NCBI GenBank assembly: GCA_044362135.1
Contig: JBIKHN010000001.1
Coordinates: forward strand, 111 to 64,110
Direction of reading: 5' to 3'
Length of the DNA: 64,000 bases
From: Ilumatobacteraceae bacterium
GTDB taxonomy: Bacteria; Actinomycetota; Acidimicrobiia; Acidimicrobiales; Ilumatobacteraceae
The notes beneath the pieces are model-generated. The model was not told where the DNA came from, ran no database searches, and was given only the letters and a program-made list of their open reading frames with translations. This document shows positions 1 through 9,721 of this stretch, in pieces; position 1 is the stretch's first letter; each line of letters opens with the position of its first letter. The position numbers and the translations under genes were made by a program.

Positions 1-753
1 TTCGTGGTGCGCAATGTGCAAGTTGTTATTCAGCATCAGCAAACTCATGAAACGACCGGCCATGATCATTGCGGTTCGAGTTTCAACACCGCTCTGATAT
101 TTGTGTTCAGGGAACGGCCGAATGGCATTAAGAATACGACCGCCATATAACGTGCCAAGCGCAAACTGCCACAACGGCATATTGGACAGCGACACGAGAT
201 ACACCACGAGCACCACACCAACGATGTGCAAGGTAATGGCAAGTCGGTCACCCTTTTCGCCACGAATTGCTCGCTTTACAACCGAAAGTACATACGTAAT
301 CGTGCTGACGATTGTCCAGACAAACATGCGGAACAAAATGGTGCGGTTAGCAGTCCATGCAGCACGCCGAATTTTTCCCGCCTTGTCCCACTGCTGTTGC
401 GTCACGTAATAGCTCTCGTTATCGAGCGCCGGGTTTGTTAGGTCGGAAAGGTGATGTTCGTGGTGGTCTTTTTTGAACGCCAAATAAGGAATCCACAACG
501 TGACTGGAATGCCACCAATTGCGTCATTAATGAACTGATTCTTAAACGGATGACCGTGCAATACCTCGTGCTGCATGCTCAGGTGCCAAGCACCAAGCAC
601 GGCCAACATTGGAACTGCAAGCCATGGTGTCAGCACGTCGTAGCGCACCACAGTGAGCACCGTTAACCCATATACGGCAACAATGACGGCAAGCGTTCTC
701 CACTCACCGGCTTCCTTCAACACTCTGGATGTCGATGAGTCGGTTACAGGCAT
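1..753 (-). CDS. membrane fatty-acid desaturase (3' end cut by window edge)
   Basis: Absent from the ORF track because it runs off the left edge. Manual minus-strand translation in the frame of nt 1-3 is open from a stop at 763-765 down to nt 1: MPVTDSS..EWRTLAVIVAVYGL.. Three His boxes: HEVLHGH, DHHEHH (nt 451-468) and NLHIAHH (nt 4-24). Start is ATG 751-753 or GTG 721-723. Confidence 0.75.
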   Translation of the reverse strand, partial: MPVTDSSTSRVLKEAGEWRTLAVIVAVYGLTVLTVVRYDVLTPWLAVPMLAVLGAWHLSMQHEVLHGHPFKNQFINDAIGGIPVTLWIPYLAFKKDHHEHHLSDLTNPALDNESYYVTQQQWDKAGKIRRAAWTANRTILFRMFVWTIVSTITYVLSVVKRAIRGEKGDRLAITLHIVGVVLVVYLVSLSNMPLWQFALGTLYGGRILNAIRPFPEHKYQSGVETRTAMIMAGRFMSLLMLNNNLHIAHHE

Positions 754-1774
754 GTTCAAATTCTACAATTGGCAGGTGCTCCATGTCGCCCGCAGGTACG
801 GTCCCGGCCTGTTTTTTGCATTGGCCGTGACCGCCGTCGGTTTCGCAGTTCACGAGCGTTTCGACACCATCTCCCCACTGGTTGCCTCGCTCGTCATTGG
901 GGTACTCATCGGCAATCTAGGAGTCATCCCCAAGGCATGTGCCCCTGGCCAGAAGTTTGCAGCAAAGAAAATCCTCCGCCTGGGCATCGTGCTGCTTGGT
1001 ACCCAACTAGCGGTGTCTCAAGTGATCGATATGGGAGGAAAGGAACTACTCGTTGTTGTCGGCGTTGTTGGAATCACATTTTTTGGAACCACATGGCTTG
1101 GCCCAAAGATTGGGGTTTCTCCGTCACTTTCGCTGCTCATTGCAACAGGGTTTTCGATTTGCGGAGCATCAGCAGTTGCGGCAATGGACGGCGTCGTTGA
1201 AGCTGACGAAGAGGAGGTGACGTATTCAATTGCACTCGTCACCCTGTGCGGCAGCTTGGCCATCATCTTGCTTCCTCTGCTGCGCAACGTTGTTGGCTTG
1301 CAAGATGCCAGCCAGTTTGGCGCATGGGTTGGGGCGAGCGTTCATGACGTTGCCCAGGTCGTTGCAACGTCATCTACCGCCGGCAGAGACGCAGTTGAAT
1401 CAGCAACCGTGGTAAAACTCTCCCGCGTTGTCCTGCTTGCACCACTTGTTGCCATGATGGGTTTCTGGGTGAAGCGAAGTACCAGTCGATACACCGCTAA
1501 GGCAACAACGACAAAAGTAAGTGCAGTTCCCCTGTTTGTTGTTGGCTTCTTGGCAATGATTGCGCTCCGTACAAGCGGAGTCATCCCCGATGGTTGGCTG
1601 TCGACACTAAAGACCATCGAACAGTGGTGCTTGGCAATTGCATTGGTAGGGCTTGGATCTGAAGTGAAGTTCACCAAGTTATTCAAAGTTGGTGGACGGC
1701 CATTGTTGCTCGCACTTATTTCATGGTCGGGAATCGCAGTTATTTCACTTCTTGGTGTCACCTTCATTGCATAA
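752..1774 (+). CDS. YeiH/UPF0324-family integral membrane protein (putative sulfate-exporter family)
   Basis: ORF 653..1774, polytopic, with a GFSICGASAVAA segment typical of the family. Start trimmed to ATG 752 (MFKFYNWQ..) or GTG 776 because the upstream part overlaps the divergent desaturase gene. Confidence 0.65.
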   Translation: MFKFYNWQVLHVARRYGPGLFFALAVTAVGFAVHERFDTISPLVASLVIGVLIGNLGVIPKACAPGQKFAAKKILRLGIVLLGTQLAVSQVIDMGGKELLVVVGVVGITFFGTTWLGPKIGVSPSLSLLIATGFSICGASAVAAMDGVVEADEEEVTYSIALVTLCGSLAIILLPLLRNVVGLQDASQFGAWVGASVHDVAQVVATSSTAGRDAVESATVVKLSRVVLLAPLVAMMGFWVKRSTSRYTAKATTTKVSAVPLFVVGFLAMIALRTSGVIPDGWLSTLKTIEQWCLAIALVGLGSEVKFTKLFKVGGRPLLLALISWSGIAVISLLGVTFIA

Positions 1775-1849
1775 CTGTTGGCTTTACAGTTTGTAAATGT
1801 AGGTTTTACTTATTGCGGAGTCAATCCCACTTCGGTCTAGTCTGAGAAC

Positions 1850-2350
1850 GTGACACAACAACCATCTCCAATTGTGTGTGTCGTAATGGGCTCAACTTCC
1901 GATTGGCCAGTGATGTCAAAAACAGTGGAGATGTTGAATCGTTTTCAAGTTCCACACGAGGTACAAGTTCTCTCAGCGCATCGAATGCCCGATGAATTGT
2001 TTGCATACGCAGAAACGGCATCTACCCGTGGGGTACGGGCAATCATCGCTGGTGCTGGCGGTGCTGCGCACCTTCCTGGCATGCTCGCAGCAAAGACAAC
2101 TGTTCCTGTGCTTGGTGTTCCCATTCCGACAACCCATTTGGCAGGTGCAGATTCGTTGTACTCAATTGTTCAGATGCCTGCGGGAATTCCTGTGGCTACT
2201 TTTGCGATCGGTGAGGCAGGCGCAACGAACGCTGCGCTGTTTGCTATCCAATTGCTTGCCCACGAAGACAAGCAACTTCACGCTGCTCTTTTTGAATACC
2301 GTCGAACACGCCATGACGAGGCAGTATCAAGCGTTCTTCCACCTGCTTAA
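1850..2350 (+). CDS. purE: N5-carboxyaminoimidazole ribonucleotide mutase
   Basis: 166 aa. VMGSTSDWPVM, AGGAAHLPGM and LGVPI motifs of class I PurE. GTG start. Confidence 0.95.
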   Translation: MTQQPSPIVCVVMGSTSDWPVMSKTVEMLNRFQVPHEVQVLSAHRMPDELFAYAETASTRGVRAIIAGAGGAAHLPGMLAAKTTVPVLGVPIPTTHLAGADSLYSIVQMPAGIPVATFAIGEAGATNAALFAIQLLAHEDKQLHAALFEYRRTRHDEAVSSVLPPA

Positions 2351-3495
2351 TGACAGCAATGCTCGGTGTTCTTGGTGGTGGCCAACTTGGAAACTATTTC
2401 GTGCTCGCTGCCAACAACATGGGTTACAAAACAGCAGTTCTGGATCCTGACCCACATGCACCTGCGGGTGTGAACTCAGACGTTCATATCGTTGCTCCAT
2501 TCGACGATCTTGATGCTCTCAATCAACTTGCATCACTGTGCAGTGCTGTAACTGTCGAATTTGAGAACCCACCCGTGAAGTCACTCGCGTTTCTTGCGCA
2601 ATACGTAGTAGTCCGTCCCTCCCCTTTGTCGGTTGCAATTGCTCAAAATCGCCGTGAAGAAAAGCAGTTCTGTCAATCCATTGGGTTATCTGTTGCGCCA
2701 TACGAAGTACTCGAAACACAAGAAGACGTCGCAAGAATCATCAGCAACGGAGTCGCCCAGACGCATCTTGATCCGTTCAGCACTCCGCTCATCATGAAAA
2801 CGTGTCGAAATGGGTACGACGGCAAAGGGCAGCAGATCGTTCAGCAACTTTCCGACACCATGGAACATTGGAATTTGCTCGGAAAGGTCCCGTGCATTGT
2901 TGAACAAAAGATAGATCTTGATGCTGAGTTCTCCGTCATCATCGCTCGTGGTGAAAATGGCGAGATTGCCTCGTTCATGCCAACAGAGAATGTGCACGTT
3001 GATGGCATTCTGGATGTCAGCACTGCCCCATCGCATCTCGATTCTTATCTACTAGAACAAGGTCAATTAGCGGCAATCAACATTGCAGAGAGGCTCAACT
3101 ACATCGGCGTACTTGCTGTTGAGTTCTTTGTCTCAGACAACAAACTTTTTGTCAACGAACTTGCACCTCGCCCTCACAACAGCGGTCACTGGACTCTCGA
3201 TGCAGCCCGCACTAGCCAATTTGAACAGCAGGTGAGAGCGCTTGTTGGTGAGCCTCTCGGAGATCCATCCATGACCTGTTCTGCAGTTGCAATGGTCAAT
3301 CTTCTTGGTGAGCGATGGGCTAACGGAGAACCACTCTTTGAACTTGCTGCTGGCAATTCTTCTGCCCACTTACATCTTTACGGCAAGAAAAACGCTCGAG
3401 CAGGACGCAAAATGGGACACCTCACCGTTACGGGCGACCATGCAGATGCTGTAGTCCACAGCGCCGCGTCACTGCGCCAAGCCCTCACTCGCTAA
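2350..3495 (+). CDS. purK: N5-carboxyaminoimidazole ribonucleotide synthase (ATP-grasp)
   Basis: 381 aa. [11 protein letters not shown]-terminus and ATP-grasp body ([14 protein letters not shown]). TAATG overlap with purE. Confidence 0.9.
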   Translation: MTAMLGVLGGGQLGNYFVLAANNMGYKTAVLDPDPHAPAGVNSDVHIVAPFDDLDALNQLASLCSAVTVEFENPPVKSLAFLAQYVVVRPSPLSVAIAQNRREEKQFCQSIGLSVAPYEVLETQEDVARIISNGVAQTHLDPFSTPLIMKTCRNGYDGKGQQIVQQLSDTMEHWNLLGKVPCIVEQKIDLDAEFSVIIARGENGEIASFMPTENVHVDGILDVSTAPSHLDSYLLEQGQLAAINIAERLNYIGVLAVEFFVSDNKLFVNELAPRPHNSGHWTLDAARTSQFEQQVRALVGEPLGDPSMTCSAVAMVNLLGERWANGEPLFELAAGNSSAHLHLYGKKNARAGRKMGHLTVTGDHADAVVHSAASLRQALTR

Positions 3496-4673
3496 ACGGA
3501 GCCGACGACGGTTTTCCCGCCGCGGATAACTGCTCGTACTTGCTGCACGCCTGGCCTGTACGCCAAGTGAATGTGGCTTTGCGCATCGAGAACCACCATG
3601 TCGGCTCGCGAGCCAACGCGCAGGTTTCCTACGTCGCTTCGGCGTAATGCTTGAGCGCCACCAGCCGTTGCCGACCACAGCGCTTGATCGCACGTCATGC
3701 CCATGTTGATCACTGCGAGTGCAATTACTAGCGGCATCGATGACGTGTACGACGAGCCAGGGTTGCAATCCGATGCCAAGGCAACTGTTACGCCGGCATC
3801 AATCAGTTTTCGTGCGTCAGGAAATGGTGAGCGCGTGCACAGTTCTGCCGTTGGAAGCAGCGTTGCCACAGTGGTTGCACGAGCGCCTGAAAGCGCATCG
3901 ATGTCTTGTTGTGAAAGGTGCGTGCAGTGATCGCACGATGCAACGCCTAGTTCCACTCCAAGTTGCACTCCTCCGCCCTGCTGCAACTGATTGGCGTGAA
4001 TACGCGTACCCAAACCTGCGGCCACACCGGTTTGCAGAATCGCACGAGCCTGGTCCACATCAAATGCACCACGGTCACAAAACACGTCAATCCACTTGGC
4101 ATTGCCCTTGCAGGCATCAAGCATTTCGCCTTGCACCAAAGCCACATAATCATCAGCGTTGGTGTCCGGCGGAACAACGTGGGCGCCCAAGAAGGTGGTT
4201 TCTGATGTTGCGGTTTTTGCGGCAACCAATGAACGCGCTTCGTCACGTACGGAAAGTCCGTAACCAGACTTCACCTCGAGCGTGGTGGTTCCCGATGCAA
4301 GCGCCTCGCTTGCCAACCGTGCAACATTTGCAGCAAGCAAATCGTCCGACGCGGCTCGTGTTGCTGCCATAGTGGTTTTGATGCCACCGGCCGCGTATGG
4401 CTTACCCTGCATGCGCGATTCAAACTCACGCGCACGGTCACCAGCAAATACCAAGTGCGTATGGCTATCAACAAAACCTGGAATCACAGCTCGGCCACCA
4501 ACATCAGTTGGCTTGCCGTCAAAGTGATTTGCTAATTCAGATTGCTTGCCAACCCACGAAATGTTTCCGGAGCTATCGGCAACCAAAGCCACATCGTGCA
4601 GTACGCCAAGCTTTCCTTGGCCAGCGGTTTCGTCGTTCGTTACTAAATGACCGATTCCGGTCAATGCAAACAT
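3492..4673 (-). CDS. hutI: imidazolonepropionase
   Basis: 393 aa amidohydrolase-fold protein. [22 protein letters not shown] and the rest match HutI. Last gene of the hut operon. Confidence 0.9.
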   Translation of the reverse strand: MFALTGIGHLVTNDETAGQGKLGVLHDVALVADSSGNISWVGKQSELANHFDGKPTDVGGRAVIPGFVDSHTHLVFAGDRAREFESRMQGKPYAAGGIKTTMAATRAASDDLLAANVARLASEALASGTTTLEVKSGYGLSVRDEARSLVAAKTATSETTFLGAHVVPPDTNADDYVALVQGEMLDACKGNAKWIDVFCDRGAFDVDQARAILQTGVAAGLGTRIHANQLQQGGGVQLGVELGVASCDHCTHLSQQDIDALSGARATTVATLLPTAELCTRSPFPDARKLIDAGVTVALASDCNPGSSYTSSMPLVIALAVINMGMTCDQALWSATAGGAQALRRSDVGNLRVGSRADMVVLDAQSHIHLAYRPGVQQVRAVIRGGKTVVGSV

Positions 4674-5248
4674 TACGAACCGTGTTTAGCAACCAGCGCT
4701 TTTGCACGCGCAACGAATGCGTCGTGGTGAAACTGGTTAAACGAATCCCATGTGGTGAGCGTGCCTGGGTCGGTCACTTTGTCAAGGAACAACAAACCAT
4801 CCAGGTGATCGAACTCATGCTGGTAGGTGCACGCCGTGAGGCCACGAACTTCGGCGTCGATGTCGTTGCCATGGCGGTCCCATGCCTTCACATGAATGCG
4901 AGTGTTACGTGCAACCTGACCACGAATACCCGGCACTGACAAACAGCCTTCCATGTTGTCGAACTTGTCGTCATCGAGGAACGTGACAACCGGGTTCACC
5001 AAAACGGTCAGTGGTACGCGCGGCTTGTATGGGTAACGCGGGTTGTTCTCTACTTCAACAGCACAAATGCGCTGGTGGCGAAGCACTTGCGTTGCTGCAA
5101 GACCAGCACCATTTGCATGACGCATGGTTTCGATCAAGTCATCAATGAATTGCTGCACTTCAGCAGATGCAAGCTCTTCGCGAGTTACTTCTTTCGCGAC
5201 AATTTTCAATTCTGGGTGACCAACAGTTGCAATTGGGAGAATAGCCAT
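4673..5248 (-). CDS. def: peptide deformylase homologue embedded in hut operon
   Basis: 191 aa with all three PDF motifs: [25 protein letters not shown]. 5 nt downstream of hutF and 1-nt overlap (TAATG) with hutI. Confidence 0.85.
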   Translation of the reverse strand: MAILPIATVGHPELKIVAKEVTREELASAEVQQFIDDLIETMRHANGAGLAATQVLRHQRICAVEVENNPRYPYKPRVPLTVLVNPVVTFLDDDKFDNMEGCLSVPGIRGQVARNTRIHVKAWDRHGNDIDAEVRGLTACTYQHEFDHLDGLLFLDKVTDPGTLTTWDSFNQFHHDAFVARAKALVAKHGS

Positions 5249-5253
5249 AGTGC

Positions 5254-6585
5254 TTACAGTGTAACGACAGCGGCAATTGCGTTGCGAAGCCCGGCAACTA
5301 CATCGCCAATCTCAGCGTGCTGGAAGTTGGCCACCACTTGCTTGCCTCCCACCCACACGTCACGCACGTCGCTTGGCGCAGCGGAATGCACAATGTGTGC
5401 TGCCCCATTGGCGCCATCGAACGAAGCAAGTCGCACCGAATCAAGCGACAGCGCAATGAAGTCGGCTGGCGCGCCAACCTGAATGCCATGAGTTCCCCAG
5501 CCAAGTGACGTTGCACCAACCGAAGTAGCGGCCGCAAGCAACGAGCTTGGCGTATGCAATCCACGCTTACCGGTAACTAGGCGTTCGTCGGTTTCAATAG
5601 CGCGTGTTTCTTCAAACATGTCAATGAATGCATTCGAATCGGTGCCTAGCGACAACGTGGCTCCCGCATCTCGGAGTGCCGCAGCAGGACCAACGCCATC
5701 GGCAAGGTCACGCTCGGTGGTTGGGCACAAGCACACGCATGTACGCGAACTTCCAAGCAACGCAATGTCGGTATCGGTGAGGTGCGTTGCGTGCACAGCG
5801 GTCATATGCGGGCCAAGCAGGCCAACATTGTCGAGCACTTGCGTCGGCGTCATTCCCGTTGCCGCAACACATGCAGCATTTTCTGCCGGCTGTTCGGACA
5901 CATGCAGGTGCACCACTTTGCCGTGACGATTAGCGACTACTTCTTCCAACTCTCGTGGGTGAACCGCGCGCACGCTGTGAGGCGCCATGCCAACGGTCCA
6001 GCCGTCGCCGCCTTCGCCAAGTGCGTCAACTCGGTCGAGCCAAGCATCAATGTTGCCGTCCGAGAATCGCTTCTGTTCCGCAAGCGGCTCTGGCTTGTCG
6101 AGTGCTGCGTGCAAGTACGCGACATCAAGCAACGCAAGTCGAATTCCTGCACGCTGTGCTGCTTGCACCATCGCAAGACCCATCTCATTCGGGTTCTTGT
6201 ACTTCGTACCGTCTGTGTTGTGGTGAATGTAATGGAACTCGCCCACTCCAGTAATTCCGGACAGCGCCATTTCAGCAAACGTCATGGTGGCAAGTTCACG
6301 ATACGAATCTGGTGTTAAACGATTCGCAATTTCATACATCGGCGTACGCCACGACCAGAAGTCACCAGTGCCGCCATGTGTGCGCCCACGCAATGCCCGA
6401 TGGAACGCATGGCTGTGTGCATTCACTAGTCCAGGCATCACCAAGCCATTTACAGCAACATCGCCGTCTTGCTTTGTGGCGTTGTCCTCAACCGCACTAA
6501 TCACACCGTTCGACACGGTGATACGCACGTTGGCAACAGCATGCTCGGCACCACGCCAAGCCCACTGTGCGAAATAGGTGGTCAT
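5254..6585 (-). CDS. hutF: formimidoylglutamate deiminase
   Basis: 443 aa amidohydrolase-superfamily protein. NAHSHAFHRALRGRTH near the N-terminus, as in HutF. Sits between hutU and hutI. Confidence 0.8.
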   Translation of the reverse strand: MTTYFAQWAWRGAEHAVANVRITVSNGVISAVEDNATKQDGDVAVNGLVMPGLVNAHSHAFHRALRGRTHGGTGDFWSWRTPMYEIANRLTPDSYRELATMTFAEMALSGITGVGEFHYIHHNTDGTKYKNPNEMGLAMVQAAQRAGIRLALLDVAYLHAALDKPEPLAEQKRFSDGNIDAWLDRVDALGEGGDGWTVGMAPHSVRAVHPRELEEVVANRHGKVVHLHVSEQPAENAACVAATGMTPTQVLDNVGLLGPHMTAVHATHLTDTDIALLGSSRTCVCLCPTTERDLADGVGPAAALRDAGATLSLGTDSNAFIDMFEETRAIETDERLVTGKRGLHTPSSLLAAATSVGATSLGWGTHGIQVGAPADFIALSLDSVRLASFDGANGAAHIVHSAAPSDVRDVWVGGKQVVANFQHAEIGDVVAGLRNAIAAVVTL

Positions 6586-6594
6586 CAGTACGGT

Positions 6595-8250
6595 TTAGCT
6601 CTCTCGCATTGGCAAGCGCACACCACGCTCGTCGGCAACGTCGATTGCTCGCTGGTAACCGGCATCGGCATGGCGAATAACGCCCATGCCAGGGTCGGAC
6701 AGCAACACGCGTGACAGTTTCTCGGCGGCCAAGTCGGTGCCGTCGGCAACAGCCACCATGCCTGCGTGAATACTGCGACCAATACCAACACCGCCACCGT
6801 GGTGAATGCTCACCCACGTTGCGCCTGCTGCCGTATTCACCAATGCATTCAGCAATGGCCAGTCGGCAATGGCGTCTGAGCCATCGATCATGGCTTCGGT
6901 TTCGCGATATGGCGAAGCAACTGAACCAGAGTCCAAATGGTCGCGACCAATCACGATTGGTGCCTTCAATTGACCCTTGCGCACCATTTCGTTGAAGCGA
7001 AGTCCAAGGCGATGGCGCTCGCCATAACCCAACCAACAAATTCGTGCAGGTAAGCCCTGGAATGCAACGCGCTCTTTGGCTAAGCGCATCCACTTATGCA
7101 AGCCATCGTCGTCAGGAAATTCTTCGAGCACTGCTTTATCGGTTGCAGCAATGTCTTCTGGGTCTCCTGAAAGCGCAACCCAACGGAATGGCCCACGACC
7201 TTCGCAGAACAACGGACGAATGTATGCAGGCAAGAAACCTGGGTAGTCGAACGCGCGGTCGTAACCACCAAGTTGTGCTTCACGACGCAACGAGTTGCCG
7301 TAGTCAAAAACTTCGGCGCCAGCATCCATGAATCCCACCATTGCTTGACAATGTGCAGCCATTGCTGCGCGCGAACGACGAATGAACTCTTCTGGGTTCT
7401 TCTTCAACATTTCTTGGGCAGCATCGTCGCTCAAGTCGTTTGGCATATATGACAACGGGTCATGCGCACTGGTTTGGTCAGTCACAATGTCGGCGGCGAA
7501 ACCCATCTGCAACAACTTCGGAAACATGTCTGCGGCATTGCCAACAACACCAACTGAAAGCCTGCGCTTTTCTGCTTTTGCTTTTTCACATCGTGCAACT
7601 GCATCTTCAAGCGAGTCGGCAACTTCATCGAGGTAACGAGTTTCAACGCGACGATTTACACGCCATGCGTCAACGTCAATGCATAATGCAACACCGTCGT
7701 TCATGGTGACAGCGAGTGGTTGCGCTCCACCCATTCCACCAAGACCTGCAGTCAGCGTGATGGTTCCAGCAAGTGTTCCATTGAACTTGCGACGTGCAAT
7801 TTCGGCGAAGCACTCGTATGTGCCCTGCAAAATTCCTTGCGTACCGATGTAGATCCATGAACCGGCAGTCATTTGGCCGTACATGGTGAGACCCATTTGT
7901 TCTAAGCGACGGAACTCGTCCCATGTTGCCCAGTCGCCCACCAAGTTGGAGTTCGCCAACAACACGCGTGGCGCCCATTCGTGCGTGCGGAACACACCGA
8001 CAGGTTTGCCCGACTGCACCAACATGGTTTCGTCTGGCTTCATGGTTTGCATGGTGCGCAACATGGCGTCGTATGCGTCCCAACTGCGTGCAGCGCGACC
8101 CGTTCCGCCGTACACCACCAGGTCGTCTGGTCGCTCGGCAACGTCGGGATCGAGGTTGTTCTGCAACATTCGATAGGGGGCTTCAATTTGCCAGTTGGCA
8201 CATGACAACTGGGTTCCGCGTGGGGCAATTACAGGGCGTGGTCCGGACAT
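6595..8250 (-). CDS. hutU: urocanate hydratase
   Basis: 551 aa. Full-length similarity to urocanase recognisable ([19 protein letters not shown] segments). Confidence 0.95.
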   Translation of the reverse strand: MSGPRPVIAPRGTQLSCANWQIEAPYRMLQNNLDPDVAERPDDLVVYGGTGRAARSWDAYDAMLRTMQTMKPDETMLVQSGKPVGVFRTHEWAPRVLLANSNLVGDWATWDEFRRLEQMGLTMYGQMTAGSWIYIGTQGILQGTYECFAEIARRKFNGTLAGTITLTAGLGGMGGAQPLAVTMNDGVALCIDVDAWRVNRRVETRYLDEVADSLEDAVARCEKAKAEKRRLSVGVVGNAADMFPKLLQMGFAADIVTDQTSAHDPLSYMPNDLSDDAAQEMLKKNPEEFIRRSRAAMAAHCQAMVGFMDAGAEVFDYGNSLRREAQLGGYDRAFDYPGFLPAYIRPLFCEGRGPFRWVALSGDPEDIAATDKAVLEEFPDDDGLHKWMRLAKERVAFQGLPARICWLGYGERHRLGLRFNEMVRKGQLKAPIVIGRDHLDSGSVASPYRETEAMIDGSDAIADWPLLNALVNTAAGATWVSIHHGGGVGIGRSIHAGMVAVADGTDLAAEKLSRVLLSDPGMGVIRHADAGYQRAIDVADERGVRLPMRES

Positions 8251-8274
8251 AAGGCTTCTAGTCTCGCCTATTGC

Positions 8275-9081
8275 CTAGCGTCGGGGCAATACGGCTTGCG
8301 CCCGAGCAACTAGCGCCGGAATGAGCGAATAGTCGCTTGCGCTCATTGCCACTGCGCCATCAATACCAATATCGGCACGCGCGCCAGCCAGTTCGGGACG
8401 TGAAAAAACTTCAAGCACCGCAGATTGCAGTGCGCCAAATTCGGCAGTTCGCACTTTTGATATGTGCATAGGCGTGGCGGGCACAAGTGGCCCATGGCCA
8501 ATAACGCGCAAACCCGCAGTGAGCGCTGGACGATGTCGTTGCAACAACTGAAACGTGCCCGGATCAATAGAGGCAAAGTCGGCACGCTTGTCTTGTAAGA
8601 ACTGCAGGCTCTTGGCGTGTCCTTCGCTTTCGACGTACGGCAACACGAACGATACATCAGCACCTATATCGCTCAGCGCGACGCCAAGACTGCACCACCC
8701 ACTCAAACTTTGCATGTTCGTAATGACGGGTTGCAGGCCACCCACTTCGCTCAGTGATGTGACGCCGAGCTCTTCTCGCGCGACAATAACCGTTTGATAC
8801 CAACCGCGCTCATCGCTGATGCCAGTCCACTTCAACGTGGCGACGATGTCTACGTAATCATGCAGGTCTTCCACAAACGGCAATCCACATGACTGGCTGA
8901 ACAACGTTGCATCGTTTTTCCACATGTGCATCAGGTCGGCATGAATTGAACTCTCAGGAAATGCTGGCTGCGATGCACCTCCAAGTTTCGTGAATGTAAT
9001 GCTCAGTGCGTCAAGTATTGCCTTCGTTGAAGCCTGGACTTCAGGAAAGTCGTACATCGGCAGCGAATTGCTGCGCGTCAT
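8275..9081 (-). CDS. cytosolic PhnD/SsuA-like (type 2 binding-protein fold) protein, function unknown
   Basis: 268 aa, starts ..LPMYDFPE.., has SQSCGLPFV. No signal peptide or lipobox. Family call from memory of similarly annotated proteins. Confidence 0.5.
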   Translation of the reverse strand: MTRSNSLPMYDFPEVQASTKAILDALSITFTKLGGASQPAFPESSIHADLMHMWKNDATLFSQSCGLPFVEDLHDYVDIVATLKWTGISDERGWYQTVIVAREELGVTSLSEVGGLQPVITNMQSLSGWCSLGVALSDIGADVSFVLPYVESEGHAKSLQFLQDKRADFASIDPGTFQLLQRHRPALTAGLRVIGHGPLVPATPMHISKVRTAEFGALQSAVLEVFSRPELAGARADIGIDGAVAMSASDYSLIPALVARAQAVLPRR

Positions 9082-9642
9082 TTAATCAGCCGCAACAAAT
9101 TTTGCTTTGGCAAACACTGCACGCACTCGGTCTTCAAAGTGCTCTAGTGGCAATGTGTCGTAGTTCGGGTCAAATGCCTTCTGATCCCATTCGTCGGCAA
9201 ACTTTGCTGCCAAGTCGTATGCAGGGTGACCTTCGTGCTTCGTGCGCGCATCGGGGTTCATGCCGAAGTGACCGTAGTAATGACGTCCCTGAAAATCTTG
9301 ATGCGCCTCAATCATGAAATGCACTTCTGGTCGAACATATGGCTTCAAAATTGCCGCTGCAATAGCCGGGTGATTCGGAACACTGATGGCCTTGCCAATG
9401 TCGTGACACAACGCGGCAACTACTACTTCATCGTCTGCTCCTGCGCGCTCTGCCATGGTGGCGGTTTGCAGCGCGTGCGTGAGTTGGTCGGTGACGAAAC
9501 CGTCGATGATTGTGTCCATGCCACGCAGCATGTTCAAAATTCCTTCGGCTACTCGCGGCTGATTTTTTGCGGTCTCAGCGCCAATATTGAGCCACTCTTC
9601 TTTTGTCGACACATCCATGCTGGTGAAGGTTGCATTAGCCAT
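9082..9642 (-). CDS. HD-domain protein, COG4341/PhnZ-like family
   Basis: 186 aa. HALQTATMAERAGADDEVVVAALCHDIGK (HD motif) and C-terminal ..WDQKAFDP.. Its stop abuts the ATG of the next gene. Confidence 0.6.
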   Translation of the reverse strand: MANATFTSMDVSTKEEWLNIGAETAKNQPRVAEGILNMLRGMDTIIDGFVTDQLTHALQTATMAERAGADDEVVVAALCHDIGKAISVPNHPAIAAAILKPYVRPEVHFMIEAHQDFQGRHYYGHFGMNPDARTKHEGHPAYDLAAKFADEWDQKAFDPNYDTLPLEHFEDRVRAVFAKAKFVAAD

Positions 9643-9721
9643 CCCCTTATTCCACCACCATCACCACCATTAGTCAAGGTCAATCCATCATGCTGTCTGA
9701 AGCACTCATAGAGTCATTGGT

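Noticed and set aside
6497-7093. 198-aa minus-strand ORF and several other 60-140-aa ORFs overlapping hutU in other frames
   Set aside because: They are out-of-frame overlaps with a full-length urocanase gene. Their Arg/Cys/Trp-rich composition is typical of off-frame translation.
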